DNA of 64,000 nt from Octopus vulgaris. Its lineage: Eukaryota. Both the position numbers and the translations under genes were made by a program. Shown piece after piece: positions 35,641 through 48,436 of the stretch. The notes beneath the pieces are model-generated. The model had not been told where the DNA came from. It did no database searches and saw only the letters and a list, made by a program, of their open reading frames with translations. The stretch lies in the NCBI GenBank assembly GCA_951406725.2, contig OX597820.1:35030001-35094000 (forward strand), in the 5' to 3' direction. Each line of letters starts with the position of its first letter. Within the stretch, counting starts at the first letter, position 1.

Positions 35641-37939
35641 CTATATACTATTTTAATGTTATGCACATAGTTATTTCAATCTAATGCTGCTTCAGGTGCG
35701 TAAACTTTTTATTCCTGAGCTAGCACATATAAATCAATATTTTGTTGACCCGGTTCAGTTCAGAATGTCTGGATGAATTCGTCGCTGAGGTTACTGAATT
35801 ATATTGAAACAGTGTATCTGACAATGTGTTGCCAACATTTTGAGCGAGCTCTGTGGGGTTTTTTTACACCCATATGTCTTTAAGAAACTTTGAGATTTTC
35901 TCCAACTACTGTCTTTCCAAGTTTTTATACACACCATAAATGTTACACCCACCGGTGTCTCTAATCCAAGGTAATTTTAAGTGTGTACATTAATTTAATT
36001 CTAGTCTATCTAACTTTCGCGCATGTAAGTGAATGTTTTGTGCACTGAATTCTACATTGGAACCATATAGTTCGGCTTAACTCAGAATATCTTGGGATGC
36101 TCGTCACTGAGGAGACAAAATATCTTAGAAACATCGGTATCTGGTAATCAGTCGCTGATATTCGGAGCGAGACTATTGGTTTTTAACAGGCAGGTTCTTT
36201 TCAGATGTTGCTTTGAGACAAAATATTACAGCTAGTACCATTGTGCGTTTATCTTTTTCGGCTGTCTATCGTAGGCCGACGTTGACTGTTATTGTTCAGG
36301 AATCATCTCTGGCAAGCTCCCATGTGGGCTACAAGGCCTGCTGTGGATTTGCAACAGCGATGACATCTGCTGCAAGCCAAGCTACTCGACACATCGGGGA
36401 AGTGACGTCTCTCTCATGTACTATTCCGTATTCTTACTGTTGTTTCTCTTCAATGGAAGGAATTACGAGCTTCAGCAATCGGTGCCATTCATCACACCGC
36501 AGCTGTTGGAGTTCTTCATACGCCTCTTCAGTATATTCCTGCATCGCTCATTTATATATACATTGTAAATGTTATATGCCTCTTTAATTTAATCTAGTAC
36601 TAATTCAAGTGCGTATATTAATATATTTCCTTATTTAGAAAATTTCCTTCACATATAATGCTTCGTCTAGATGTAAAACCACTTCAGTAGACTACCTTAA
36701 ATAGTTGGCAATCTGCTGATCCTTAACAAATGCATATGAGTTATAAATAACAATGTTCTTTCTCCCGCAAACATGTACGAAGATCTATACAGCTTGTATG
36801 CCATTTACATTACATAAATGACGAGGTCTGATGAAACCGAAACATGTCGAGTTGCAACTTTGCTTTTAAAGATCAAACTCACTTCTAGATGCATTGTACA
36901 ATATTTTGGTTGTTAAAAAATTCCGGAATTATCTGCCTTGTTTTATATTGGTTAGAATTATTCATTAAGATTAATAACTGTTTTCATCTCAGAATGTGTA
37001 ATTTTAAATAATTCCACACCCTCCCCAAATTCTGACTTATTAATTACATTATACATGTCAGCACACACCTAACTATATATAATGCCTGCATCTGGGGCTT
37101 TTGAACGTTTGTCCACAAGACATCCTTTCGCTTAACCCTTTGATAATTCATCTATTTGTACATGAGGATGAACTAGTGGAGGAAACTGCGTACATAAATC
37201 AAACATCATTTGAAGGAATTTACATTCTTCAAGCCAAAGGGATTTTTCTCATTTTACTACATCTGTTTGTGTAATGGTTTAATATTATAGTTTTCTCAAG
37301 GGTTTTATTAACCTCGACAAAGATCCCCCTCTATCTTATTCAGTTCAAATTTATATTTGCTTTAATTACAAGGGTTTTATTATGTAAACTAGTTTTCATG
37401 TAATTCTATATCGACAAACAGTCCTGCGGGATTCGTCAACCTAGAAACCTCAGTATATCAAATAAGTGACCCCTGTATACAAAATGAATTCTTAGAATAC
37501 ATTAAATTTGACATAGAAACACGTATGTAAGTATATGCGTCTGCGTGTGCATGCATGTGAAAGTGCGTGGCCTACTGGTTTCGCTGTTCCAATCACGTTC
37601 GTAAAGTTGTGGTTTCGATTCCTGAACTGGGCGGTGCGATATATCTTCATTTCATGAAGCGAAACACTTCATTTCACGTTTTTCCTGTCCATTCCGCAGT
37701 AAATGTGTAATCCTGCGACGGACTAGTATCCCGTTCAGGGGAAATGTTGTAATCTAGGTCCCTTATGCACCATGGAAACCGAGCAACCAGCCCTATAATC
37801 CCTAAGACAGTCTTGTGCACTTATGTATGTGTGTGTGTATGAGTGTGCGTGTGCGTGTGTGTGTGTGAATAAAGTTACAGAAAACCGTGTCTTAAGAAGT
37901 TCTACCAGACAATACTAGACATAACATTATATCAGAAAT

Positions 37940-38790
37940 AAGACGGCGAGCTGGCAGAATCGTTAGCACATCGGGCAAAATGCTTAGCGGCATTTCGTCC
38001 GTTTTGACGCTCTGAGTTCAAATTCCGCTGAGGCCAACTTTGCCTTTCTTCTTTCGTGGTCGCTAAAATAAGTATCAGTTAACCACTAGGGTCGATGTAA
38101 TCGACTTACACCTTTCCCTGAAATTGCTGGCTTTGTGCTAAAATATGGAGACCAATAGTATATCAGCAATAAGGTGGCGAGCTGGCAGAATCGTTAGCAT
38201 AGTGAGAAAAATGCTTCGTGACATTTCATCTGTCTTTATGTTCTGAGTTCAAATTCCACCAAGATTAATTTTGCCTTTCATTCTCTCGTGGGGTCGATAA
38301 AAAATGTATTAGTTGAACAATCGACATACTCCATCTCCCAAAATCGCTGATCTTGTACTTAAATTGGATATTAAAATTATATCAGAAATAAATATTCTTT
38401 CTACTCTAGGCAGAAGGCCTGAAATTTTGAGAGAGAGACCAGTCGATTATATCGATCCCAATATGCAACTGGTTCTTAATTTATTGAACCCGGAAGGATA
38501 AAAAGCAAAGTCGACCTCGGCGGAATTTGGACTCAGAACGAAAGACAGAAGAAATACCTATTTCTTTACTACCCACAAGGGGCTAAACACAGAGGGGACA
38601 AATAAGGACAGACAAACGGATTGAGTCGATTACATCGGCTCAGTACGCAGCTGGTACTTAATTTATCGACCCCGAAAGGATAAAAGGCAAAGTCGACCTC
38701 GGCGGAATTTGAACTCAGAACGTAACGGCCGACGAAATACCGCTAAGCATTTCGCCCGGCGTGCTAACGTTTCTGCCAGCTCGCCGCCTT
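37940..38790. mobile_element. Stack of Meta-type SINEs (two +, one - dimer)
   Basis: Four copies of TATATCAGAAATAA delimit the elements. Confidence 0.85.
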
Positions 38791-39277
38791 ATATCAGAAC
38801 TAAATATTGGTTTGATTACACTTTGGTTTGAACATCTCCGTTTTCTTAATTTGTTTGTTTTTTTTCCCCTTAAAAGTGCCTAGAAATTTAATAAATCGTC
38901 ATATTCACAGTGAACGGCGAGAATTAAAACACTGACGTATACATTTAGTTATACTTTCCGGCAGATTCGAACGTGAATATGCGAATCGCTATTGCATTTC
39001 CTCACGGAGAACAACAACTCCTTTCAGGCGAATACGTGATTATAACACACGCAATTCATTGGGGGTAGGGGATTTTGGAACATCGGTGTCTCACCCTTGT
39101 TGTGTATCTCCTCTATCGAAGATATCCTGGACCAATGAATCTAACAAGAATTTTGGCGTTTGTTTATAACATTCAATAAAAAAAAAGAAAAAATTGCTGA
39201 TGTGTGCTGATGTCTCCCAATCTAAAAAATAAATCGTCACGTGGACGGTGACTTGCGAAAATAAGAACAATGTCTTA

Positions 39278-39443
39278 CGGCGTGGTTGTATGATATGAAG
39301 CTTACTTCCCAACCACATGGTTCCGGGTTCAATCTTATTGCACGGCACCTTGGGTAAATGCCTTCTGCTATGGCCTCGGGCCAACCAAAGCATTGTGATT
39401 GGATTTGGTAGACGAAAACTTAAAGAAAACAAAGAAGCCTGTC

Positions 39444-39508
<65 letters not shown>

Positions 39509-39757
39509 TACATACTCATGCACACACATATGTGTGTGTGTGCCTGTCTATCTGTGTGAGTTTATCTTTGTGTGACAACAGGTGTCGGTGTGTTTACGTC
39601 CCCGTAACTTAGCGGTTCGGCAAAAAAAATATAGAATAAGTTCCAATAGTTTACAAAAATAAGTAACGGGTTCGATTCGTTTGACTAAAATTCTTCAAGG
39701 TGGTGTCCCAGCATGGCCGCAGTCTTATGAGTGAAACAAGCAAAAGATAAAAGATAA
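39278..39757 (+). mobile_element. CORE-type SINE
   Basis: Same family, diverged. Confidence 0.8.
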
Positions 39758-39801
39758 AAACATAAAAGTTTTCTGACAATTCATTAGTCCGGAATATCTT
39801 T

Positions 39802-39840
39802 GACTGATGAGACATGCAACAAGGTCGAAACACCAGTTTC
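39802..39840 (+). ncRNA. Hammerhead core, weak stem I
   Basis: GA-CTGATGA-GAC atgcaacaag GTC-GAAA-C acca GT-T-TC; a decayed inverted copy lies just upstream (39768-39790). Confidence 0.55.
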
Positions 39841-40213
39841 CTAAAAGTCCTCAAACGCCAATGAACTGAGTGTGCCGTGAACACTTTCGTCTCAAAGGAG
39901 AAGTTGCTTTCCAATAGCGAAATACAACAGCGATTAGTATATTCTTTTTCGGATCTGCCGCAATTTTCAAGAAATGAATATTATGTCGTTATCAAGAAAT
40001 TTTATATTTAAAATTTAGACCGGAAACAGTAGAGAGAAGAGTGATGTTATGGGATCGTTCTGGCAGAATGGGCATAACTGGTAGTCGCGGTCTGGTCGCT
40101 GATGAAGTGGCACGCCTGGCTGGACATTCAACCTGTTCCGGTGACAGTAATCTAAGGAAATGGAGATAAGCACACACACTCGTGCGCGTAGAATTATGCA
40201 CAGAAAGAGAGAG

Positions 40214-40255
<42 letters not shown>

Positions 40256-40710
40256 AACAGACAAAGGCAGAGACAGAGGGGAAAGAGAGAAACACAGAAA
40301 GAGTCAAGGAAGAGGCAGGCAGATAGACAGACAGACAGAGATATTACAATTTATTAATTGAATACTTTTGACATAAGCACTTTCTCTCTCCTCGCAGATA
40401 TAAAGAGAAATATGCTTACGCACATACTCGCAGACTCAGAAAGGGAGGAACAGAGGGAGGGGAAGAAGAGAGAAAGGGAGAAAAAGAGGGAGTGAGAGAA
40501 AGAGACAGACAGACAAACAGACAAAGAGGGAGTAAGCGAGGGAGAGCGAGAAAGAAAGAGACGATGAGGAGAGAACGTGCGAAACATTAAAACATTTGAT
40601 ATCAAAGGAATGAGCATCGAATCAGTGACGCCAAATGAGCGGCGCCAAAGTGGCTGTGCCAAAACGGTCTCATACCGCGTTCTCGACCCGTAGTCCATTG
40701 TTTCGTTGAG

Positions 40711-40728
40711 CGAAACTACGTTCTGCTA
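40711..40728 (+). pseudogene. tRNA-iMet 3' 18-nt fragment
   Basis: CGAAACTACGTTCTGCTA, exact 3' end of the wobble variant. Confidence 0.6.
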
Positions 40729-41442
40729 GTTCAAAAGTAACTTTACCGATATTCCATTTAATTCTCTGTTATGTGTAATACTAGATTTTATCCGTCATAT
40801 GACGAGTAACTTGGGGAGTATACTTTTCCCACCATAGGTTATGTAAGGAAATATCGCATACATACAACAATTATAATTAATCTTTTATCAAATTTCTTGG
40901 TCCTTATACAAAATGATGAAATGACTATCAAATTTCGAAAGAAAAATAGTCAATAATTTTGAATAGATTTAAATTAAACAGTGAGGTACACATTCATTAC
41001 TAATATGTTCTGAATGATTTGAACATGGATATGCTTGTCGTTGTTGTATTTTATTTACGATGAACAACTCCTTATTTCTCATTTGTATAACACCTTCCAT
41101 AACTACTGTTATTTCCTCCTCCTCCTCCTCCCTCCTCCTCCTCCTCCTCCTCCTCCTCCTCCTCCTCCTCCTCCTCCTCCTCCTTCTCCTCCCTCTCTAT
41201 GATTCTCTGCCAACACTGTGTATGTGTGTAACATTCTTTTGCTCATTGAGTGCCACTTAACTTCGGATGTGTACTCATCATGTTATCTCTAAATTTCTAT
41301 TTTACTCTCTCTATCTCCCCCCCCCTTATCCAATGTATAGTGTGACTGGAGAAAACAACTAACCACCAACCAACCAACTAACCAATTTTATATCGGCTAT
41401 CATTATGTAGAGTTTTTGCTGTAATATCATTGTTGCACAATA

Positions 41443-41473
41443 CAGTTCAGTGACCTGAGCAATAATAACAATT

Positions 41474-41504
<31 letters not shown>

Positions 41505-41675
41505 TAATAATAATAATAATAATATCGAAAAATACCTTAGGAATGAGATCACGGGTTCAAAAATTCCCCAAGACACCTGAAGAAAGCTGGAGGGTATATC
41601 AGCCGAAACGTTGTGTTAACAACGAACAAGATGAGGACAAATATCCGTCGAATGTAAATAATGTAAATAATGTAT
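41443..41675 (+). mobile_element. Hammerhead-containing SINE, 5'-truncated, with 14-bp TSD
   Basis: TSD ATTGTTGCACAATA at 41429-41442 and 41676-41689; head remnant CAGTGACCTGA, (AAT)n, hammerhead GACAC-CTGAAGA-A-AGCTGG..TCAGCC-GAAA-CGTT-GTGTT (41572-41617), (AATGTAAAT)n tail. Confidence 0.8.
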
Positions 41676-42048
41676 ATTGTTGCACAATATTCCAAGCTAT
41701 GATATCTTTCATATACACAAGATCATTACAACTTGCCATATTCACCACCATTAAGCATTTTGTGAGTAGCCTGTATTTTAATTCAGGGGTGTTCAGGTCC
41801 AGAAGAGATGTGTGATTTGAATGTGACACACTGTGTTGTTGCCTAACATCAGACCATCTATGACTGTCTGCCTGACCCTTCGTTTTTTCATTTTTATAGA
41901 GAGTGTAACCTAGAACTATATCCCAAAGTAGGATGCGATTTGAGGAAGATTTGGCAACTGCTTCTTTCATTGCAAGCGACCACGTCAGAAGCTCTTCTTG
42001 CTTGGTGTGTGTGAAAACCAAGTTTTATTCTATCCTACTTAGCACACC

Positions 42049-42080
<32 letters not shown>

Positions 42081-42393
42081 TAATCCTTTCTACAATAGGA
42101 ATAAGATTTGAAATTTTGGGGAAGTGGGTAAGTCGACTGTATCGACTCAAGTACTCAGTTGGTATTTATTTTTATTGACACCGAACGATAAAAGGCAAAG
42201 TCGACTTCGGTGGAATTTGAACTCAGAACGTATAAACAGAAGAAATGTCACGAAGCATTTTCCTCGACATGCTAACAATTCTACTAGCCCTAACTTAGTC
42301 ACAAAATACATAAATTTACTCTATTCAAAATTGTGGCTTGTCAATACAAAGCATTCATCTGTATACTTAAAATCTCAGTGTATGCCTCCGTAA

Positions 42394-42465
42394 GGCGGAG
42401 TGGCGCAGAGGAAGCGTGCTGGGTCAATCACCCGGAGGTCCGTAGATCGAAACTACGCTCTGCTG
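42394..42465 (+). pseudogene. tRNA-iMet-derived copy with anticodon AAT (probable pseudogene)
   Basis: GGCGGAGTGGCGCAGAGGAAGCGTGCTGGGTCAATCACCCGGAGGTCCGTAGATCGAAACTACGCTCTGCTG; 8 substitutions, stems still pair, C at position 37. Confidence 0.8.
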
Positions 42466-44157
42466 GTAATACTTTTGTTACTGTCACTAATTTTATTTGT
42501 TGCTCTGTTGTTGGTAATGTTACCGTAGAAGGCGATGTGCTGGCAGACTCGTTACGCACCAGGAAAAAATGCTTAGCGCCATTTCTTCCCACTTTTTGTT
42601 TTGAGTTCAAATGCTGCCGGAACCGATAAAATAAATACTAGTTGAACTCCCTCCCACCAAATTGCTGTCCTTGTGCCAAAGTTTGAAATCAATATTATCG
42701 TATAATTATTGCCCTCCAATATTCCAAGTTCGTGGTGTTTTACTTGGGCACAAGCAAGAATTGTAGAAACGACGCAAAATGGACGTAAAAAACCTTCTCC
42801 AGTATCGTTTTACCGTATTAGTAATGTCGCACTACCGCCACCACCGATAACGACAACAATGAGAAGAAATGAAGAAGATGTAATTACAATTTAGATGAAA
42901 AATAATTCGTAGGTTTACACGTTACAGGGACGTAAACAAACGAACACTAGTTCACACACACATATAAAAGGTGCTTCAACACAGTTTCCATCTACCACAT
43001 TCACTCACAAACCATTAAGGTGCCGTGCAGTGAGACTGAGCAAGCTGAATATTTTAACTCTAAAAATTGTGATAGCATTATTATTTGAGGAAGATTTGGT
43101 TTTTATTTCACACAGGTTAATATACTGTAACATACCGCGAGGTTATATAATTATCTTCACTTGAACATGATGTTCTGTGTGAACAAACTATATTGCGGTA
43201 GATACCCCAAGAGAAACTCTCATATTGGCATTTGGTACGAAATACATTCTTGTTATATCGCTAGCAAGGAAATAAATCCCCGTCTCTTCTAGCATCGAGA
43301 CCACCAATCAAGTGATCCCGACCTTTCTTGGCCTTGTCAATGATGGATTTTCGACCGCTACAGAAACCAGCGACTTATCTCCTCGCCAACGATATATAGA
43401 AAAATAATGCCAGAACAGGCGTTGGTGTCGCGATTAGCCAGTGAGCTTGTTAAAAAATATATGTTAGTGATAGAGGCAATGTTACTACCGGAAGATAATA
43501 TCTATCCTCACTTAAAAGTGAATGTTCTGTTAGAATAAACTTCACTGCAACATACACCATGAGAGATGCTATCGTATTTGGCTTTTGGTGCAAAATACAG
43601 TCTCGTTTATATCGCTAGTCTTCTCCAGCGCTGTCTCCATAACGACACCAGCGCCTCCTCTGACACTCTTTTTCTATATATCGCTGGCGAGGAGATGAGT
43701 CGCTGCTATCTCTTGCGGTCGAAAATCCATCATTGACAAGGCCAAGAAAGACCGAAATCACGTAATCTGGTGATCTCGGTGCTGGATATGGCAGGGATTT
43801 ATCTATCCCCACCCCACTAGTGATATGAACAGGAGTGCATTTTGCAGTAAAAGCCTCATACGTTCAAATCATTCAGAACGTATTAGCAATGAATGTGTAC
43901 CTCACTGTTTAATTTACATCTATTCATAATTATTGTATATTTTTCATTCGAAATTTGATAGTCATTTCATCATTTTGTATAGGGACCAAGAAATTTGATA
44001 AAAGATTAATTATAATTGTTGTATGTATGCGATATTTCCTTACATAACCTATGGTGGGAAAAGTATACTCCCCAAGTTACTCGTCATATGACGGATAAAA
44101 TCTAGTATTACACATAACAGAGAATTAAATGGAATATCGGTAAAGTTACTTTTGAAC

Positions 44158-44175
44158 TAGCAGAACGTAGTTTCG
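44158..44175 (-). pseudogene. tRNA-iMet 3' 18-nt fragment (inverted duplicate)
   Basis: Reverse complement of 40711-40728 within a larger inverted duplication. Confidence 0.6.
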
Positions 44176-44574
44176 CTCAACGAAACAATGGACTACGGGT
44201 CGAGAACGCGGTATGAGACCGTTTTGGCACAGCCACTTTGGCGCCGCTCATTTGGCGTCACTGATTCGATGCTCATTCCTTTGATATCAAATGTTTTAAT
44301 GTTTCTCACGCTCTCTCCTCATGGTATCTACCATAGTACAGTTTGTTCTAGCAGAAAATACACGATAAATATTACCTCTTGGAGTTAATACTGCCTCCGT
44401 CGCTAATGTATATTTTAACATACGTTTAATCAGCAGAAATTATGTATCACTTTATACCGATCGTACGAACAAAGCCAGTCTAGATTCAAACAGTTCTATC
44501 TGACGATCTTAATTTAATCAATCTTCTAACGAAACTGCAAGACATGTAACTTGCTTTATTGTATTATCGTTTGA

Positions 44575-44633
<59 letters not shown>

Positions 44634-44795
44634 ACACATATATACATATACATGCACACATATATACACACATATATGAACACATATATGTATATGTGTG
44701 TGTGTGTGTGCGTGTGTGTATATATATATATATATATACATATATATATACATATACATATATACATACATATACATATATACATACATACATAT

Positions 44796-44843
<48 letters not shown>

Positions 44844-44860
44844 TTATACATATATATATA

Positions 44861-46075
44861 CGAGGGATATCCAAAAGTAACCGGAAGCCTCTGTGTAACA
44901 ACTCCACTGTAATTCAGGCTTCCGCCGCTAGGAGCTACTTAATGCAACCATCTGGCAGCAGCCTGCCGATCGTCATCGTCGAGTGAAGTCGTACTGCCAC
45001 GTGGTGCGTCGTTGTTTTTCAGTGCTTCTCTCCTTTTCGTCGATTTTTGTGTTGGCTGAAACGAAGGGACACCGTGCATCCGTGAAATTTTGTTTTCTGC
45101 TAGGGAAAACTAAGACCGAAACCGTTCAAGGACGCTGCCATGAGCAAAACACAAGTTTACGTTTGATTCTCACATTTAAAGAAATGATCAGCTGTCACCT
45201 AAAAACCAACCTCGTTCAGGGCGACCGTCGACCTTCCGAACGAATGAAATCATAACGAAAATTATTGGAGGGCCGTCGCCGAACAATTGACGAACTTGTT
45301 TATATGACTGGTGAGCTCCTCCCAACGAATTTTGAGCGAGGAATCGGTTAATGAAAAGAGTTGCAGGAAATTTCTGCCTCACTTGCTCATGGAAGATCAA
45401 AAGCAGTCACGACTGAATGCGTATCGTGGACTGAAAGAGCAGTTGGAAATTGATCTGAACCTCTTTTCGAAGGTCATCACTGGTGACGAAAGCTGGTGCT
45501 ACGGCTACTACCCGGAAACAAAGGAACAGTCAAGTTAATAGAAGAATTCAATGTTACTACGCCCCACCAAAATACGTCAAGTGAAGTCCTATGTTCCTTT
45601 TGGTCAAACTCAAACTGTTAACCTGACATTTTATTTGGCAGTTCTGGGGCATTTGCGAGACACGGCGAGACGAAAACGTCCTGACCAGTGGCAAAGTGGA
45701 AAGTGGTGGTCCCATCACGACAATGCATATTTGCGTACCACCTTGAGTGTGAGACAGGTTTTGACCAAAAATGACATGACCACGTTTACTTATCCTCCCT
45801 ATTTACCCGATTTTACTCCCTGCAACATTTTTTGTTCCCCCGAATGAAAAAAGTCCTTAAAGAAAAGCGTTTTGCAGATGTGGAAGAGATGAAGAAAAAT
45901 ACGACGGAGGCATGAAAAGGCATCACTTCGCAAAAGTCCCAGGACTGCATCGTACAGTGGAAAACACGTCTGGACCGATGCATTGCTTTCAATGGAGAAT
46001 AATTTTTTAGGCGATAAAAGTGTAAATATATTAAACGAAGTGAATAAAATAATATTGCAAAATTCTCGTTTCTCG
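44861..46075 (+). mobile_element. Mariner DNA transposon, decayed
   Basis: TA-CGAGGG start, CTCG-TA end; ITGDESWCYGYYPETKEQSS, HHDNA, YPPYLPDFTPC motifs. Confidence 0.9.
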
Positions 46076-46783
46076 TATGTAATTTAAATCCAAAGCTAGC
46101 GTTGAGAAATAACTCAAATGGATCAGTAGCATATATTTGAATAACATAGACAACAACTGGTTTGCCAGGTGCTGTACAACAAATTCTTGTTTTATTAAAA
46201 TTGTCTCCGCCTCAACATGATGTAGCATAATTAGCTAGTGGAAGTTAAAACAGCTCCGCTTGCGGAAGGGAAGTAATCTCACAAATGAAGGATTCTGCAA
46301 AGTTGACATGACATTATTGTCTGCAGAGAAGAGGTCAAGTTCTATATCTATGTAAAAACCAAGATTTATCCTATCGTACACAACACATACAGGTACATAT
46401 ACGTATACACATAAACACCCATATACACGCACACATGCATGCATACATGCACAGTCACAGAAACACACACACACACACAAAATAAAAAAATGATTTCAAA
46501 TTTTGGCACAGGGCCAGCAATTTTGGGGGAGGAGATAAATCGATTACATCGATCCCAGAGTTTAACTGGTACTTATTTATCGACCATGAATGAATGAAGG
46601 GCAAAGTCGACCTCGGCGGAGTTTGAACTCAGAAGATAAAGACGAACGAAATGCAGCTAAACATTTTGCCCCGTGTGCTAACGATTCTACCAGCTCACTG
46701 CCTTACACACAAAATAATTAATAGATATACTTCAACTCTAAATATTCAGTTATATACCTAAAATGTTGAGAAATTCAGTGCGA

Positions 46784-46855
46784 AGCAGAGTGGCGCAGTG
46801 GAAGCGTGCTGGGCCCATAACCCAGAGGTCCGTAGATCGAAACTACGCTCTGCTA
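46784..46855 (+). tRNA. tRNA-iMet-CAT: tRNA-iMet (CAU), canonical copy
   Basis: Identical 72-mer; T-run about 10 bp downstream. Confidence 0.97.
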
Positions 46856-47502
46856 TTTGATTGAATTTTTTAATATTTAACTCTCAGTTGTTTATAATAT
46901 TTTACTGTAAAACCATCGCAATCCAATATTTCAAGCGATGTCTTTGATGGCCATAAGAATGATAAGAATGATAGGACCCACGCAATATGGACATCAAAGA
47001 ATCTTGACAATTTCGTTTGACTGTGTTTTGTATGGTTCACCAGCAATAGCAACAGCAGCAGCAGCAGCCGAGAAGTGAAGACGTAATTAGCGGTCTACAT
47101 GACGAATAACAACATAGCTTTACACGTCAATAATTTATAACCGCTCGGTTGTTTCCGTAGATCTCTTCTCCAGAAACATACTCGCACATACAAATTTCTT
47201 TATTGCAGAGTGAAACTCTGCTTCGTGGCCAGTTCCGATCTCGCTAGCATATCATTACAAGCATTTAAGATGCGAGTATATTTTATCGTTAAACTTGTTT
47301 CTGTCATTGGACGGCGGCCATGCTGGAGCTCAGCCATGGAAGGTTTTAGTCGAATATCGACACATGTACTTATATTTTAAAGTCTGGTGCTTATTTTATT
47401 GGGCTATTTTGCGGAACCGCTAAGTTGGACACAAACAAGTAAACACAGAGACGCGCGCGCGCGTGCGCACATACACACCATACACACACGCTCGTGTATA
47501 TA

Positions 47503-47551
<49 letters not shown>

Positions 47552-47884
47552 GCATACATACGACGGGCTTTCATACAGTCTCGGTCAACCAAATTCATTC
47601 ACAATGTATTGGTCAGTCCGAGGTTATAATAGAAGATAATTGCACAAAGTCTCGCGCAGTGGGACTGAATTTATTAACGCCAGGCATAATGTATCTCAAA
47701 GTATTTTGTTCAATGTGTCATTAGCTTATGTAACTTTGTTATATTGTTATATGTGGGAAAGTTGGCAGTGATGTCAAACGGAACAGCATACTGTGATACA
47801 TTTTTATATTTTTATTCAACAGGGAATATAAACATACAAGCATCACGTGATAGCACACCGCACATGTGTGTGTGTGTGCGTGTG

Positions 47885-47933
<49 letters not shown>

Positions 47934-48436
47934 TCCGGTTTAGTTCGTAGCTTGCAAAAGGAAGCGTCGCTAAATGAAATATTGAAAAAAATATATCGTT
48001 ATATACTGATCGTACCAAAAAAAACAGCGACCATTCAAAGTGTAAACGCTTGTATCTGACGACCACAGGTTTATCAAAGTAATCTGAAACTTCAATATAT
48101 GTCATTCGGAGTTGTCTTTCGTCAGTGGAGTTCCAGATTATCTTTGCAATTTCGGCAGGTTATACTCGAGATTGCTCCAATCTGGCCAGCCCCAAGGAGA
48201 AAACTAAGCTAAGAGCATTAGATTCCTTGGAAGAAAGCAGCGAATGTATACGAATACAAACAAGATAAAAAAACGGAGAAATGGTACACAAATACAAATG
48301 CAGATAACAGGACATAACAACAAGCGTCTTTCGACTAAAGACGAATTAAACTAAGCTAGCGTGCAGTGACATAAGAGATATCAGGCATGGGGAGGAATAT
48401 GGATGTTGCACAGATTGTAGTCGATATATATATATA

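Noticed and set aside
36818-36852. Hammerhead-like TGACGA-GGT..ACC-GAAACATGTC
   Set aside because: C3 missing and no stem I pairing; at most a relic.
40711-40728. 18-nt match to the tRNA-iMet 3' end as an LTR primer-binding site
   Set aside because: The complementary strand lacks the TGG matching CCA and no LTR end adjoins it.
48097-48131. Minus-strand CTGACGA ... GAAT hammerhead candidate
   Set aside because: GAAA is broken and stems I and III could not be assigned.
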